Notes: generated by a model not told the origin, from the letters alone. Shown: positions 18,429-28,322, numbered from the stretch's first letter. The stretch: DNA of 63,971 nucleotides from a virus (IMGVR_UViG_3300037608_000035:1-63971), one strand, 5' to 3'. Translations and numbers: made by a program.

Positions 18429-18538
18429 CACTTAGCGCCCGGAGTCGCAAGACTCCCGTAGGCTCGGCGGCAGGGGTGTGGCCCTCTCCCATGCGCCGCC
18501 GCCGGGACCTACAAATCTTGCAGAGAGGATGACAAATT

Positions 18539-18916
18539 ATGTTGATTCAAAACCTTGTGGAAAGAGACGCGAATGAGTGCCAGGTGCGGATGGCCGGGAT
18601 ACAGTACATGTTCAAACGGAACGTCCACGGACATCTGGTGGCGGAAGTGACGGACCCGGAGTCGATCAAAAGGATGATCACAGGCAATGCAGCCTTCAGG
18701 AAGTACGAGGAGCCCGTGACCGTTGCCGAGGCCGGGCTGGCAACCCCCCCTGGTATGCCGGAGGGGGAGCTGATCGACAAAGTAACCTTCGATCCTCCCG
18801 TGAGGATTGCAAAGGGCGGAACGGTAGAGTGGTTGTGTGAAATCTGCGGGAAGCCTTTCCCGACCCAGCGTGCCTTGAGAGGGCACATGGGCGGGGCGCA
18901 CACACAAAGGAGCTAA
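18539..18916 (+). CDS. Protein with C-terminal C2H2 zinc finger
   Basis: WLCEICGKPFPTQRALRGHMGGAH; GAGAGG RBS. Confidence 0.75.
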   Translation: MLIQNLVERDANECQVRMAGIQYMFKRNVHGHLVAEVTDPESIKRMITGNAAFRKYEEPVTVAEAGLATPPGMPEGELIDKVTFDPPVRIAKGGTVEWLCEICGKPFPTQRALRGHMGGAHTQRS

Positions 18917-18920
18917 TCCG

Positions 18921-19559
18921 ATGGAAATCAGCAAGATACTGACCGAGTTTGAATCGGTTGTCCAGGACTCGTCTTATGACGAGACATGGCAGCTCCTGAA
19001 GATCAACGAGTGCCTGATCCTTTTGGCGACAATGTGCAGGATTCCGGGGCTCCAGCGGACCGAGGCCATTACGGCAGCCGTCGCGTCCTCTTCGGCCCCC
19101 ATGTCGAAGAAATATCTCCATGACCTTTACCAGGTCACGTCTCCGACCTACCCGCAAGGTCTTTTGCTCGCTCCGAACCTGAAATCCCTGAAGGAAACAT
19201 TTAATCCGGAACAGACCGGAGCACCGGCGATGGTCGCCATTGAGTACAAGATCCTGCATTACCGCCCGATTCCGAATGAGGAAGAGGTCCTGACATGCAG
19301 CTTCTACGGGCTGCCCGCGGAGCTGGCAGTAAGCGATGATTTCCCCGCCTATCTCCCGGAGCTCTTCCAGAAGGAGCTTTTCCTGAACTATCTCCTGAAG
19401 GAAGCCTTTATGAAGATCGAGGATGGGATTGACGGGGTCATGTTCAACACCCAGAAGTACGGCAACGCATGGGGAGGGGCCCTGGCAACGCTCCAGGAGT
19501 TTTATCCCACAGCGCCGAAGGCACGACCGGAAATCAGGAGAGCGGGGTCTTTCTTTTAA
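18921..19559 (+). CDS. Head-tail adaptor-like protein
   Basis: Position and size; ILHYRPIP motif typical of podovirus adaptors. Confidence 0.6.
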   Translation: MEISKILTEFESVVQDSSYDETWQLLKINECLILLATMCRIPGLQRTEAITAAVASSSAPMSKKYLHDLYQVTSPTYPQGLLLAPNLKSLKETFNPEQTGAPAMVAIEYKILHYRPIPNEEEVLTCSFYGLPAELAVSDDFPAYLPELFQKELFLNYLLKEAFMKIEDGIDGVMFNTQKYGNAWGGALATLQEFYPTAPKARPEIRRAGSFF

Positions 19560-20803
19560 TGAAACCATTAACGATCCGAGGGTTTAAGGGCATGAATAAC
19601 GTATTGAGAGAGGGTGGCTTCTCTGGCCACCAGGACGGAACCATGACCGCTATCCCGCGGATATTGCTCAACGCCGATGTTACGGCCGAGGAAAAGTTGA
19701 AACGACGCAGCGGTTACAGGCTTTTGATGGGTCTCCCGAACGCGCATAGCGTCTGGGGGAACCGCAGGGCGCTCATGGCGGCAGCCGAGGGCAGCCTCTA
19801 TCGCTTCTACCCGGACGGGACAAAGGTAAACGTGGCCGCGCTTTCAGGCCCGGAAGATGAAAAGCTCTATTATGCGACGGTTGACGACAAAGTTTACGCC
19901 TCCAGCCGTCATTGGATGGGGATCTTCGATCCCGATACGAACGTCGTGAGCCCCTGGGGCATCCCTCTTCCGACACAGCCAGCTCTCGCGATTGTCTCCG
20001 GGGGCTCTCTCGTAATCGGTCGTTATCAGGTATGTTTTACGAACGTAGTTAATGGGATCGTGGGCGGCAACGGGATGATTGCAGAGATCGACGTTGTCTC
20101 CGAAGGTTGTTCAATCTCAATACTCAACAGGCCAGCCGACAGCCTGGTCTGGGTCACGGACCCGGACGGGCACACCTTTTATAAGTCAATCGAAGGGGGA
20201 AGCGGGGGTTTAATAACAGCCGTCATCGGCATGGAACCTCTCCCGACGTTCCTTTGCGGCCCCCCATCTCCCATGCGCTTCGTCCGTCTCGCGTTTGGCA
20301 GGATCTGGGGATCAATCGAAAACAGGCTCGTTTACAGCGAACCCTATCGGTATGACCTTTTCAAGTCCACGAATGTCTTTCCGTACTCCAAGGAGATCCA
20401 GATGGTCGCGGTTGTAACCGGGGGAGTGTTCGTCGGATTTGATGACAGGGCAATCTTCCTGGCTGGGACCGAGCCACAGGGGATGCAGGAGGTCACGGTA
20501 GGGGCAGGAGTAAAGCGAAACGTCCTCGCCTACTGCAATAACGTGCCGGAGCTGGGCAACAATGTCCCGGTTTGGCTCTCGAAGGATGGACTTGTGGCTG
20601 GTTCTCACAGCGGACAGGCCGTCCTGATCACAGACAAAAGAATCCAGTTCCCGGCTGGCAGCGAAGGCGCGGCTGGCGTCCGCGTTGTCAACGGGATGGA
20701 GCAGTACCTCGCCAGCTATAAGCAGGCAAGGCCGCAAGGCAGCGGTGTAGGGTTTGGAGACTCCGCGACATGCGAAGTCGTTAGAAATGGCAGGGTCATA
20801 TAA
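19559..20803 (+). CDS. Tail hub/nozzle-like beta-propeller virion protein
   Basis: FKGMNN N-terminus, GRIW...LVYSEPY..DLF; follows adaptor. Confidence 0.6.
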   Translation: MKPLTIRGFKGMNNVLREGGFSGHQDGTMTAIPRILLNADVTAEEKLKRRSGYRLLMGLPNAHSVWGNRRALMAAAEGSLYRFYPDGTKVNVAALSGPEDEKLYYATVDDKVYASSRHWMGIFDPDTNVVSPWGIPLPTQPALAIVSGGSLVIGRYQVCFTNVVNGIVGGNGMIAEIDVVSEGCSISILNRPADSLVWVTDPDGHTFYKSIEGGSGGLITAVIGMEPLPTFLCGPPSPMRFVRLAFGRIWGSIENRLVYSEPYRYDLFKSTNVFPYSKEIQMVAVVTGGVFVGFDDRAIFLAGTEPQGMQEVTVGAGVKRNVLAYCNNVPELGNNVPVWLSKDGLVAGSHSGQAVLITDKRIQFPAGSEGAAGVRVVNGMEQYLASYKQARPQGSGVGFGDSATCEVVRNGRVI

Positions 20804-20827
20804 TCACACAACAAGGAGGAACACACG

Positions 20828-21424
20828 ATGGACAGAATCAAATGTTTTTTTTCGATGGTCTGGTTGATGGTCACGGCACTCTTTTTGAGACTGAAGAAGG
20901 GGGCGTGGGATGACATCATTTTCGAGGGCAAGGTGACATTTGAGCATTGGCGTGATGGCCAGATGCTCTATACGGAGACGGGCACGAATACCTTCACGAC
21001 TGAAGGCATGGCCAAGCTCCTCAACATCATGTTCCACGACATTTCCAAGGCGGCGTCCCATATCTGGTACGTCGGCATTTTCAAGAACAATGTCACCCCG
21101 GCGCTGGCCGACACGGGTGCAAAGCTGGGCTCCGGCAACGCCTATGGCGAATGTCAGGATGCCGATTATGACTCACCGCTGACCAACCGGCCCGCGTACC
21201 TCACGGAGGACACGTCCACGGCGGTCATCACGAACGTCAACAGCAAGGCCCATTTCGTGATGAATGCCTCGATCACGGTCTATGGCGCTTTCCTCGTTGA
21301 CACAGCGGCCAAGACAAACGCGTCCGGGACTCTTATGTGCGCCAAGCGGTTCGGGACTCCTCGTGCCGTCATCGCGGACGATGAGATTTATGTGACATAC
21401 CAGATTACGTGCACCACGAGCTAA
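20828..21424 (+). CDS. Virion structural protein (tail fibre base-like)
   Basis: AAGGAGG RBS; NTFTTEG...WYVGIF...TVYGAFL...GTLMCAKRF. Confidence 0.6.
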   Translation: MDRIKCFFSMVWLMVTALFLRLKKGAWDDIIFEGKVTFEHWRDGQMLYTETGTNTFTTEGMAKLLNIMFHDISKAASHIWYVGIFKNNVTPALADTGAKLGSGNAYGECQDADYDSPLTNRPAYLTEDTSTAVITNVNSKAHFVMNASITVYGAFLVDTAAKTNASGTLMCAKRFGTPRAVIADDEIYVTYQITCTTS

Positions 21425-21498
21425 CCGCTCGCCACTACACGACTTTCCCGCAGGGGTAATGCCTTGCGGGAAGGTCATCACTGAAGGGGGAAAAGATC

Positions 21499-21852
21499 AT
21501 GGAAGCATTGGGAAGAAGCGACACCCCCTCGATCATCACGGGCGAGATTGCGGCTTCGGGGTCTTTTACCTCTGATGCCTTCATAGCGCGGGGACTCGAA
21601 GGGGATGCAACATTACAGTGGACGGTGACGGGCGACGGGACGGCGAAGATCGAGGTCCTTACGTCCAATGACGGGGTAGTCTTTAATGACATCGCGGATG
21701 ACATCGCGACCGGTCAGACAAAGACGTCCGGGATCGACGGGACAAATATGGTCGCTTTCGGCATTCCGCCCTGCGACCAGGTCAAATTCAAATTCACAGA
21801 GACAGGCGGCGCGAACCCTATCCACGTCACCGCCAGGCTCCGTGTGATGTAA
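21499..21852 (+). CDS. Small beta-rich virion protein
   Basis: RBS; position in tail block. Confidence 0.6.
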   Translation: MEALGRSDTPSIITGEIAASGSFTSDAFIARGLEGDATLQWTVTGDGTAKIEVLTSNDGVVFNDIADDIATGQTKTSGIDGTNMVAFGIPPCDQVKFKFTETGGANPIHVTARLRVM

Positions 21853-21863
21853 GGGGGGCGACC

Positions 21864-22556
21864 ATGAGCTATACGACTTATCAAATTTTATCAAAAGTGA
21901 CAGACATTGTGGATGCGCTGAATACGTCAGCAGGGTTTACAGTGACTCCCAAGGAGTTGTCCGCAGACAGTGAAACGGTTGAGGCGGGGCTGTACGAGGC
22001 CACCACGCTGAGTGCGGTTGACCCTGACCTCAATGCCGACAATATCAAGGCAACGGTAACAATCTTCGGCGTCGAAGGAAAGACGGAGGTTGTCGATACC
22101 ACGGGGGCTGCCGGGGAAGTAAAGGCGACCGGGACGATCACTTCATCCGGGACGAACGTAACAGACAGCGATACCGTCCTGATCGATGCGAAAACCTATA
22201 CCTTCAAGGACACCTTGACGCCCACAGAAGGCGAAGTCTTGAAGGGAGCATCGGCATCGGCATCGCTCGATAACCTGAAGGCGGCAATCAACCATTCGGG
22301 AACTCCGGACACTGACTATAAGTGTGCGGCGGCTCATCCCACTGTCGAGGCCACAACCAAGACCGATACAGTCCTCACGCTGCAAGCACTGACAGCAGGA
22401 GCCGCTGGAAACGCGATTGATCTTGAGGAGGTAGCAGATACCTTATCCGTGAGCGGAGCGCACCTTTCCGGTGGATTGAGTAAGGCCGGGGCTGGGCAAA
22501 TTTCTGCCGGGTACTTCGCCTGGGTGGATGGGGCCAAGGTTGAAGGCAGCCTATAA
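21864..22556 (+). CDS. Virion protein carrying the same inserted domain as 17592-18428
   Basis: VKATGTITSSGTNVT...YKCAAAHPTV...DTVLTLQALTAGAAGNAI. Confidence 0.65.
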   Translation: MSYTTYQILSKVTDIVDALNTSAGFTVTPKELSADSETVEAGLYEATTLSAVDPDLNADNIKATVTIFGVEGKTEVVDTTGAAGEVKATGTITSSGTNVTDSDTVLIDAKTYTFKDTLTPTEGEVLKGASASASLDNLKAAINHSGTPDTDYKCAAAHPTVEATTKTDTVLTLQALTAGAAGNAIDLEEVADTLSVSGAHLSGGLSKAGAGQISAGYFAWVDGAKVEGSL

Positions 22557-22568
22557 AGGAGCAAGACT

Positions 22569-22955
22569 ATGCCAGAAAGCGCACGGGATAAATTAGACCT
22601 GGTTATGTACGAGGGCGCGACCTTCAGCGAGTCGTTCCGATGGGAAACGGACGCAGATCCCCCCGTGCCTATCTCCCTGGCCGGTTATTCGGGGATCATG
22701 CACATCCGGCTGGATATTGCTGATGAAGAGCCACTCTTTGAACTGACCACGGAAAACGGGGGCATCGTCATCGAAACCCCGGCGGCCAATGGTGTTTACA
22801 CCATCTATATTGCAGCCGAAGATACCGAGGGCATTTGCACAGACCATGAGATGATCGCCGCCCCCTACGACCTCATGTTCGAGAAAGAAGGGGCGCGGTT
22901 GTTACAACAGTACGGAGTGATAAAAATATATCCATCGGTGACGAGGCCGTCATAA
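22569..22955 (+). CDS. Virion protein (BppU-N-like Ig fold)
   Basis: EGATFSESFRW...LAGYSGIMHIR...ELTTENGGI...YDL. Confidence 0.55.
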   Translation: MPESARDKLDLVMYEGATFSESFRWETDADPPVPISLAGYSGIMHIRLDIADEEPLFELTTENGGIVIETPAANGVYTIYIAAEDTEGICTDHEMIAAPYDLMFEKEGARLLQQYGVIKIYPSVTRPS

Positions 22956-22971
22956 CAAGGAGGATGATGTC

Positions 22972-23397
22972 ATGGCAGATTTTGTGAAGTTTCGACATTT
23001 TGTATTAGAGCTCGGGAAGGGGACTCACAAGCTACACGCTGATGGGCACACCCTCAAGGTGTACCTGACCAACGCGACTCCCGACGTAGAGGAAGACTCG
23101 GTCAAGGCGAACCTCGCCGAGATCACAGACGAGTACGGCTACCCGGCTGGTGGGACGGACGTACAAAACGACTATACCGAGGCGCTCGGGGTCGGATCGC
23201 TGGTCGGAACTGACGTCACCTTCACCGCTAATGCGGGGCCTTTCGGTCCCTTCCGGTACGCCGTCCTTTACAACGACACGCCCGAGAGTCCGGCTGATCC
23301 ATTGATCGGGTATTGGGATTACGGCGGTGAGGTCACATGCCTTGATGGGGAGACCTTCAAGGTGGACTTCGGCGATCAGATCCTCATGATTGAATAG
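22972..23397 (+). CDS. Virion structural protein (fibre base-like)
   Basis: HTLKVYLTN...GPFRYAVLYNDT...DPLIGYWDYG; AAGGAGG RBS. Confidence 0.65.
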   Translation: MADFVKFRHFVLELGKGTHKLHADGHTLKVYLTNATPDVEEDSVKANLAEITDEYGYPAGGTDVQNDYTEALGVGSLVGTDVTFTANAGPFGPFRYAVLYNDTPESPADPLIGYWDYGGEVTCLDGETFKVDFGDQILMIE

Positions 23398-23426
23398 AAA
23401 CGAACCGCTAACATCAAGGTTGGGCC

Positions 23427-24533
23427 ATGAGCAATATCTTCAATGACTTTGAACTTCTGGATTTTATCAACCTTGATGAAATGCAATGGAGCGGGGCTGA
23501 ATCGCAAGACGTCGTGCTTACCGCTTCAGCGGGGGCGTTTTCTGTCACAGGGGAAGCGGTCTCTTTCATAAGGGGTCGCCGCCTTTCTGCATCCCCTGGG
23601 GCGATGGTGTCCACCGGACACCCCGCAGCGTTGCGAGCTGCCCATAGGATCGCGGCTGATGCTGGCGCTGTCGAGGTAACGGGGTCAGAGGCAGACCTGA
23701 TCAAGAGACGCCCGGCAAACGCCGGGACTTTCCTTGTTGCGGGATCTCCTGCGACGCTTACGCGAGCCTCCCGGCTGGATTGCGGCAAGGGTGAACACGC
23801 CCTGGAGGGGAAGGCCGCGCATCTGAAAAAGACGTGGGTGCTCCCCGCTGCGGCGGGATCTCTTGCGGCGACCGGAACGGAAGCCGATCTGCAATATACC
23901 AGGGTGGTCCTCTCTGATGGTGGGTCTTATGATGTCCAGGGCCTCGCCGCGACCCTCCGAGCTACCCGGATACTGCACGCAGAAAGCGGAAGCGTAGCCG
24001 CTCTCGGCAAGGGCGCTGATTTACTGGCGGCTCACAGGCTTATCGCCGAATCAGGCGGCTGCGATCTCACAGGCTTCCCTGCCGGGAAACTAAAGACCTA
24101 CCGCCTGGCTGCGAACAAGGGTGTTTTCGGAGTTGCCGGGAAACGAGTCCGCATTACCGTGGGGGTGCGGACGATTTGGACCAATCCCGGGGATGTGTCC
24201 ATCACCGGATACGCTGCGAAGCTGGCCGCATACAGGCACAAGACAATCCACGTTAGCGCTGCCGAGTACCTTGCGACAGGATTCGGAGCAGAGTTCAGGC
24301 GCACCTATGTAATTACATCCGAGGGCGGGAGTTTTCAGGTTCGGGGGGTAGCGACAGGAAAGAAAGGATACCACGAGATCCCATCGCTACACCCGGCCAA
24401 TGTTGTCCATGAAGCAGCCCAGGCCCTTCGTCTTACGAGAGTACCCAGTTCAGTGCGGGTGGTTGCGGCAGCAGCCAACATTCCCCATGTGCAGAGAATA
24501 AGCCCGCCAGGGCAAACGGTATCCCGCCTATAA
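23427..24533 (+). CDS. Repetitive tail-fibre-like protein
   Basis: About 14 repeats of ~21 aa, L-x-A-x-x-G-x-hydrophobic-x-x-x-G-x-x-A-x-L. Confidence 0.65.
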   Translation: MSNIFNDFELLDFINLDEMQWSGAESQDVVLTASAGAFSVTGEAVSFIRGRRLSASPGAMVSTGHPAALRAAHRIAADAGAVEVTGSEADLIKRRPANAGTFLVAGSPATLTRASRLDCGKGEHALEGKAAHLKKTWVLPAAAGSLAATGTEADLQYTRVVLSDGGSYDVQGLAATLRATRILHAESGSVAALGKGADLLAAHRLIAESGGCDLTGFPAGKLKTYRLAANKGVFGVAGKRVRITVGVRTIWTNPGDVSITGYAAKLAAYRHKTIHVSAAEYLATGFGAEFRRTYVITSEGGSFQVRGVATGKKGYHEIPSLHPANVVHEAAQALRLTRVPSSVRVVAAAANIPHVQRISPPGQTVSRL

Positions 24534-24556
24534 CTGGCGAGGAATAGGAGGATAAA

Positions 24557-24928
24557 ATGCCAAGCTCTTCAGCAGTTAAAAGAAAACTGAGTGGCAGCAC
24601 GGATGGCTTAGCGATCAAGGTCACGCAAACTTCAACACCAGGGGATTTGATCCATACCGCAGTCGCAGGGCAGGTGGACGGAACCTACGACGAAATCTGG
24701 CTGTGGGCCTATAACGGGCATACGGCAGATGTTGTTCTGACGATTGAGTTTGGCGGGGTAGCTGTTCCCGACAATACTATCGTCCAAACCATTCCATTCA
24801 AGAAAGGAAAGTTTTTAATAGAACCGGGAAGCCTTTTGCAGAACGCAAAAGTTGTGAGGGCCTTTGCTGCTGTTGCCAATGTCATCACTATAAGTGGCCA
24901 TGTGCACAGAATGGCCGATCCGGAATAG
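24557..24928 (+). CDS. Virion structural protein
   Basis: KRKLSGSTDGLAIKV...DEIWLWAYN; AGGAGG RBS. Confidence 0.65.
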   Translation: MPSSSAVKRKLSGSTDGLAIKVTQTSTPGDLIHTAVAGQVDGTYDEIWLWAYNGHTADVVLTIEFGGVAVPDNTIVQTIPFKKGKFLIEPGSLLQNAKVVRAFAAVANVITISGHVHRMADPE

Positions 24929-24936
24929 GAGTTGAT

Positions 24937-25419
24937 ATGGCCAGAAGAGAGACCAGGGGGCGCTTGTTATCAGGCCAGAGAAGAGAACGCAGGGATGATA
25001 TTCTCGGTGCATTGAAAAATGTGATGGGGGACTCGTTTCAATATATCCAGTTGTCTGTTCCTCCTGTTCCTTCTGTGTCTGTAAGCACCAGCGTTATCGC
25101 CGAAACGCCTGTATCTGTCGGCCCCATAGCTTTGAGTGTTCCCGCTGTGCCGAGCGTTAATGTCAGCACATTGGTAAAATACAAAACCACCTATAACGGT
25201 AATGGCAATAGTGGCGGCGCGGTGCCGACTGATGCAAATTGGTACGAGAGCGGGGCTACGGTGACTGTTTTGGGGAATACTGGAGCGTTGACAAAAGAAG
25301 GACACACTTGGTCTTGCTGGAATACGGCGGCAGACGGAAGCGGCACTGATTATGATGCCGCAGAGACATTTGAATTATCTGGGATGACAATACTCTACGC
25401 AAAGTGGACGGAGGATTAA
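24937..25419 (+). CDS. Protein with InlB B-repeat (Listeria-Bacteroides repeat) domain
   Basis: TYNGNG..GGAVP...LTKEGHTWSCWNTAADGSGTDY...LYAKW. Confidence 0.8.
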   Translation: MARRETRGRLLSGQRRERRDDILGALKNVMGDSFQYIQLSVPPVPSVSVSTSVIAETPVSVGPIALSVPAVPSVNVSTLVKYKTTYNGNGNSGGAVPTDANWYESGATVTVLGNTGALTKEGHTWSCWNTAADGSGTDYDAAETFELSGMTILYAKWTED

Positions 25420-25420
25420 C

Positions 25421-26137
25421 ATGTTAAACCCGACCGAAGAAGCAAGATTCGCAAAACTGAAAGCATTGTGTAGGGAACTCAAAGTTCCCGCGCCGCCGGA
25501 AATCATGATCGGTTTACAGGTGCATGACCACAACGGGGTTTTGACCTTTGACGATATTCAGAGGGGGCATAGCTGGACAAGGAATTATTATACCCAGATG
25601 TTTACTATCGGTACACATTCCGGAGGGGGTGACGTTAACGCTTTCGGCGCAGGCTATATGACCGCAAAACAAGTAGATGCGACATTACGATACAACTCAA
25701 CAGGGGCGAGCGGGGATATTAGTGGATATAGTCTTGCAGGGAGAGGACTCTATGAAAACGTAACAACGGGTACCTTTGGAATTAAAATAGGCACGAGCGA
25801 TACGGCCTTTTCCGCAGAGCACCATACTCTACAGGCTGTTATACCTGCCGGGACCGGGTCTGGACAAATGAGCCATGCGGCTATGACACAGCCTACTCTT
25901 GCTTATACCGCAGGAACAAAGACATGGAAAACAACACATTCAAGGATATTTAATAACAACAGTGGCGGGAGCATTACAGTGAAAGAAACGGGGCTTTATT
26001 CATATAGGGGCATACTTGCATCCCTAAACAATTTTATGACCGAGCGTTCCGTCCTCGACCCAACTGTACCTGTTGCCAACGGAGCGCAACTCAGCGTGAC
26101 TTACGAAATCAGCATGGACTTCTCGGCGATTGATTGA
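25421..26137 (+). CDS. Virion structural protein
   Basis: GIKIGTSDTAF...RIFNNNSGGSITVKETGL...VTYEI; GGAGG RBS. Confidence 0.65.
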   Translation: MLNPTEEARFAKLKALCRELKVPAPPEIMIGLQVHDHNGVLTFDDIQRGHSWTRNYYTQMFTIGTHSGGGDVNAFGAGYMTAKQVDATLRYNSTGASGDISGYSLAGRGLYENVTTGTFGIKIGTSDTAFSAEHHTLQAVIPAGTGSGQMSHAAMTQPTLAYTAGTKTWKTTHSRIFNNNSGGSITVKETGLYSYRGILASLNNFMTERSVLDPTVPVANGAQLSVTYEISMDFSAID

Positions 26138-26230
26138 TGGACTGCCTGCTACTCATAATTGCTTTAGGAATCGCCTGCTGGCTCTGCTGGCGGGTGCAAA
26201 ATAGAGGATATTGGTAAGGAGGACAGGATC

Positions 26231-26626
26231 ATGCAAGGTGGAGGAATCTTAATCGAATACATCTTAATTCCAGTAGCGGCAATCCCCATCGTTGCGTGGG
26301 CGGTCCTTTGGTATTTTATCAAGCGCAACCTTGAAAAGAGGGACGCGGAACGAGCGGAAAAAGAGGCAGAAGTCAAGAAAATATTGGCTATTCGTGAAGC
26401 GGAAAAAGAGGCTCGCATAAAGGAACGGTGGGCAGAATTTACAGGCACACAAGTTGAGATCGAGAAGAAACTGGACGTGATTGCCAAGGCAGTGAGTGGC
26501 AAGATGGACACGGCGGTGCATAAGGAAATGTGTGACGATCACATGGATATTATCTGGGAACGGCTTGACCATCACTGCCACGATAGCCAAGGGAATGTTG
26601 TCATCCCGGCGGGGAGTCGAAGGTGA
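26231..26626 (+). CDS. Membrane-anchored coiled-coil protein
   Basis: AAGGAGG RBS; N-terminal TM helix. Confidence 0.65.
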   Translation: MQGGGILIEYILIPVAAIPIVAWAVLWYFIKRNLEKRDAERAEKEAEVKKILAIREAEKEARIKERWAEFTGTQVEIEKKLDVIAKAVSGKMDTAVHKEMCDDHMDIIWERLDHHCHDSQGNVVIPAGSRR

Positions 26627-26674
26627 TGACTGACGATCTCTGGGACAAGCTGGCGGAACTGTTCGGAGGCTGAC

Positions 26675-26785
26675 ATGAAGCTAAGGGTTTTCATAGGCTT
26701 TCTAATTGTGCGTTTTAGCGTGCTGATCTTCTACGCAGCGTGTGGATTTGCATGGCTGGGAGAGCAGATTATGGGGGACGTATGA
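26675..26785 (+). CDS. Possible 36-aa membrane peptide
   Basis: GGAGG upstream; MKLRVFIGFLIVRFSVLIFYAACGFAWLGEQIMGDV*. Confidence 0.4.
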   Translation: MKLRVFIGFLIVRFSVLIFYAACGFAWLGEQIMGDV

Positions 26786-27024
26786 AAACGACCTCGGCCT
26801 TGAGGCTGGTCAATTCACGGATCGAATTCCACTTCTGGAATCTCCAGAACTTTTCTTTCATTTTTTTCTATCTATCAGGCACTTGACCAGACAGAACCGC
26901 ACCTGCTTGAATGGTTGTGATGACCGTCCAAAACCCTTTCGCTCGGATTCGCCTATATGTTTGGGGCGCATAAGGTTATTGAAAAAACGATGACGGCGCG
27001 GAAAAAAGCCGACAAGGAGGTAAC

Positions 27025-27231
27025 ATGATAAACAGGAATATGCTGGCCGCATGGATAGCGGGCAAAGAAGGAAAAAAGGTGCAGGTGAACATCGCGCAGA
27101 TTAAGGAAGTCCTGAGATGGACGCTGCTTGGATTGGCCGATAACACCGATGCAGAAATTCTGACATTGATCGCCAAGGTGCGAAGAGAAAAGACCCGCAA
27201 CCAAGCCAAGAAACAGAGGAGGGCAATATGA
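27025..27231 (+). CDS. Small basic hypothetical protein
   Basis: AAGGAGGT RBS; ATGA coupling to next gene. Confidence 0.7.
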   Translation: MINRNMLAAWIAGKEGKKVQVNIAQIKEVLRWTLLGLADNTDAEILTLIAKVRREKTRNQAKKQRRAI

Positions 27232-27863
27232 AAAAGCTATGCCTTGTTGTGGTATTTTTATTAACCTGCTGCCTTATGACCGGTTGTATGCTGAAAAACA
27301 ACCTTGATGCGGAGAAATCATACTATCAAATGATGACCGCAATCAAAACGGCACAGATGCAGCAGGCCAGCCAGCCCATATTCAGATTGACCCCTGCAAA
27401 GCCCGGCGAGCCTGTCATTATTCAGAATCTCGGTGCGCTTGAAATCTATCAGCAGATTCAGACAGACAAGACCCTGCCGCCACAATATGTCCATCAGGAT
27501 TTCGGCGTGAAGGCCGTGGTCAATGTCGCAGCAGCCGCCGTTCCTTATGCTGGCATATACGGGGTGGGGAAGGTTATTGCCGATGCCGTAAAGAGCAACG
27601 TCACGAATTACAATCAGTCCATCACAGGCGAGAACAATACGGGCAGGATCGCCGGACCGAGCGCACTTAATTCCGTGGTTACGGGTGATGGTAATACGCT
27701 TGGCGGTGCTGTGGAGATTCCGACCACGACTACCACCACAACGACAACGATTCCGACGACGACGACTAATACCACAACTAACACAACGAATATGCCGACG
27801 ACGACGACAACCAACACGCCAACGGCCACAACGACCACGGGCAATGCGTCTGTGACGCCATAA
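27228..27863 (+). CDS. Lipoprotein with Thr-rich low-complexity tail
   Basis: MKKLCLVVVFLLTCCLMTGC lipobox; ~40-aa poly-Thr C-terminus. Confidence 0.75.
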   Translation: MKKLCLVVVFLLTCCLMTGCMLKNNLDAEKSYYQMMTAIKTAQMQQASQPIFRLTPAKPGEPVIIQNLGALEIYQQIQTDKTLPPQYVHQDFGVKAVVNVAAAAVPYAGIYGVGKVIADAVKSNVTNYNQSITGENNTGRIAGPSALNSVVTGDGNTLGGAVEIPTTTTTTTTTIPTTTTNTTTNTTNMPTTTTTNTPTATTTTGNASVTP

Positions 27864-27871
27864 GGTGATGT

Positions 27872-28321
27872 ATGAACCAAGAATTAAGAGAAATGCTCAT
27901 CCGGCATGAGGGTTATCGATTCTTGGCTTACCTCTGCCCCGCTGATCACTGGAGCATCGGCGTAGGCCACAACCTCGATGCAAAGCCGCTGAAAGGCGAC
28001 ATGCACACCTTTTATGCCCTGTATGGTTACATTACGGAGTCCATGCTTGAAAGGCTTTTCAACGAGGACGTGGAAGAAGCAATCAACGGCTGCCGCGCCT
28101 TGTATCCGGCCTTTGACGATTTCAGAATTAGGCGGCAGAATGCCCTGACGGATTTTCTTTTTAACGTAGGCGTCGGAACCGCCAGGACCTTCAAGACCAC
28201 AAATCGGGCAATCAATGAAGGACGGTGGCAGGATGCGGCCAACGGATTGCGGAACTCGAAGTATTATAAGCAAGTTAAGGGTCGCGGGGAAACCATCGCC
28301 CGGATGATCGAGGAGGGATGA
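27872..28321 (+). CDS. Endolysin (T4-type/GH24 lysozyme)
   Basis: RHEGYR...YLCPADHWSIGVGHNL; FNVGVG; SKYYKQVKGRG. Confidence 0.88.
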   Translation: MNQELREMLIRHEGYRFLAYLCPADHWSIGVGHNLDAKPLKGDMHTFYALYGYITESMLERLFNEDVEEAINGCRALYPAFDDFRIRRQNALTDFLFNVGVGTARTFKTTNRAINEGRWQDAANGLRNSKYYKQVKGRGETIARMIEEG

Positions 28322-28322
28322 C

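Noticed and set aside
21441-21477. Novel ncRNA between tail genes
   Set aside because: A single long hairpin, adequately explained as an mRNA stability or processing stem.
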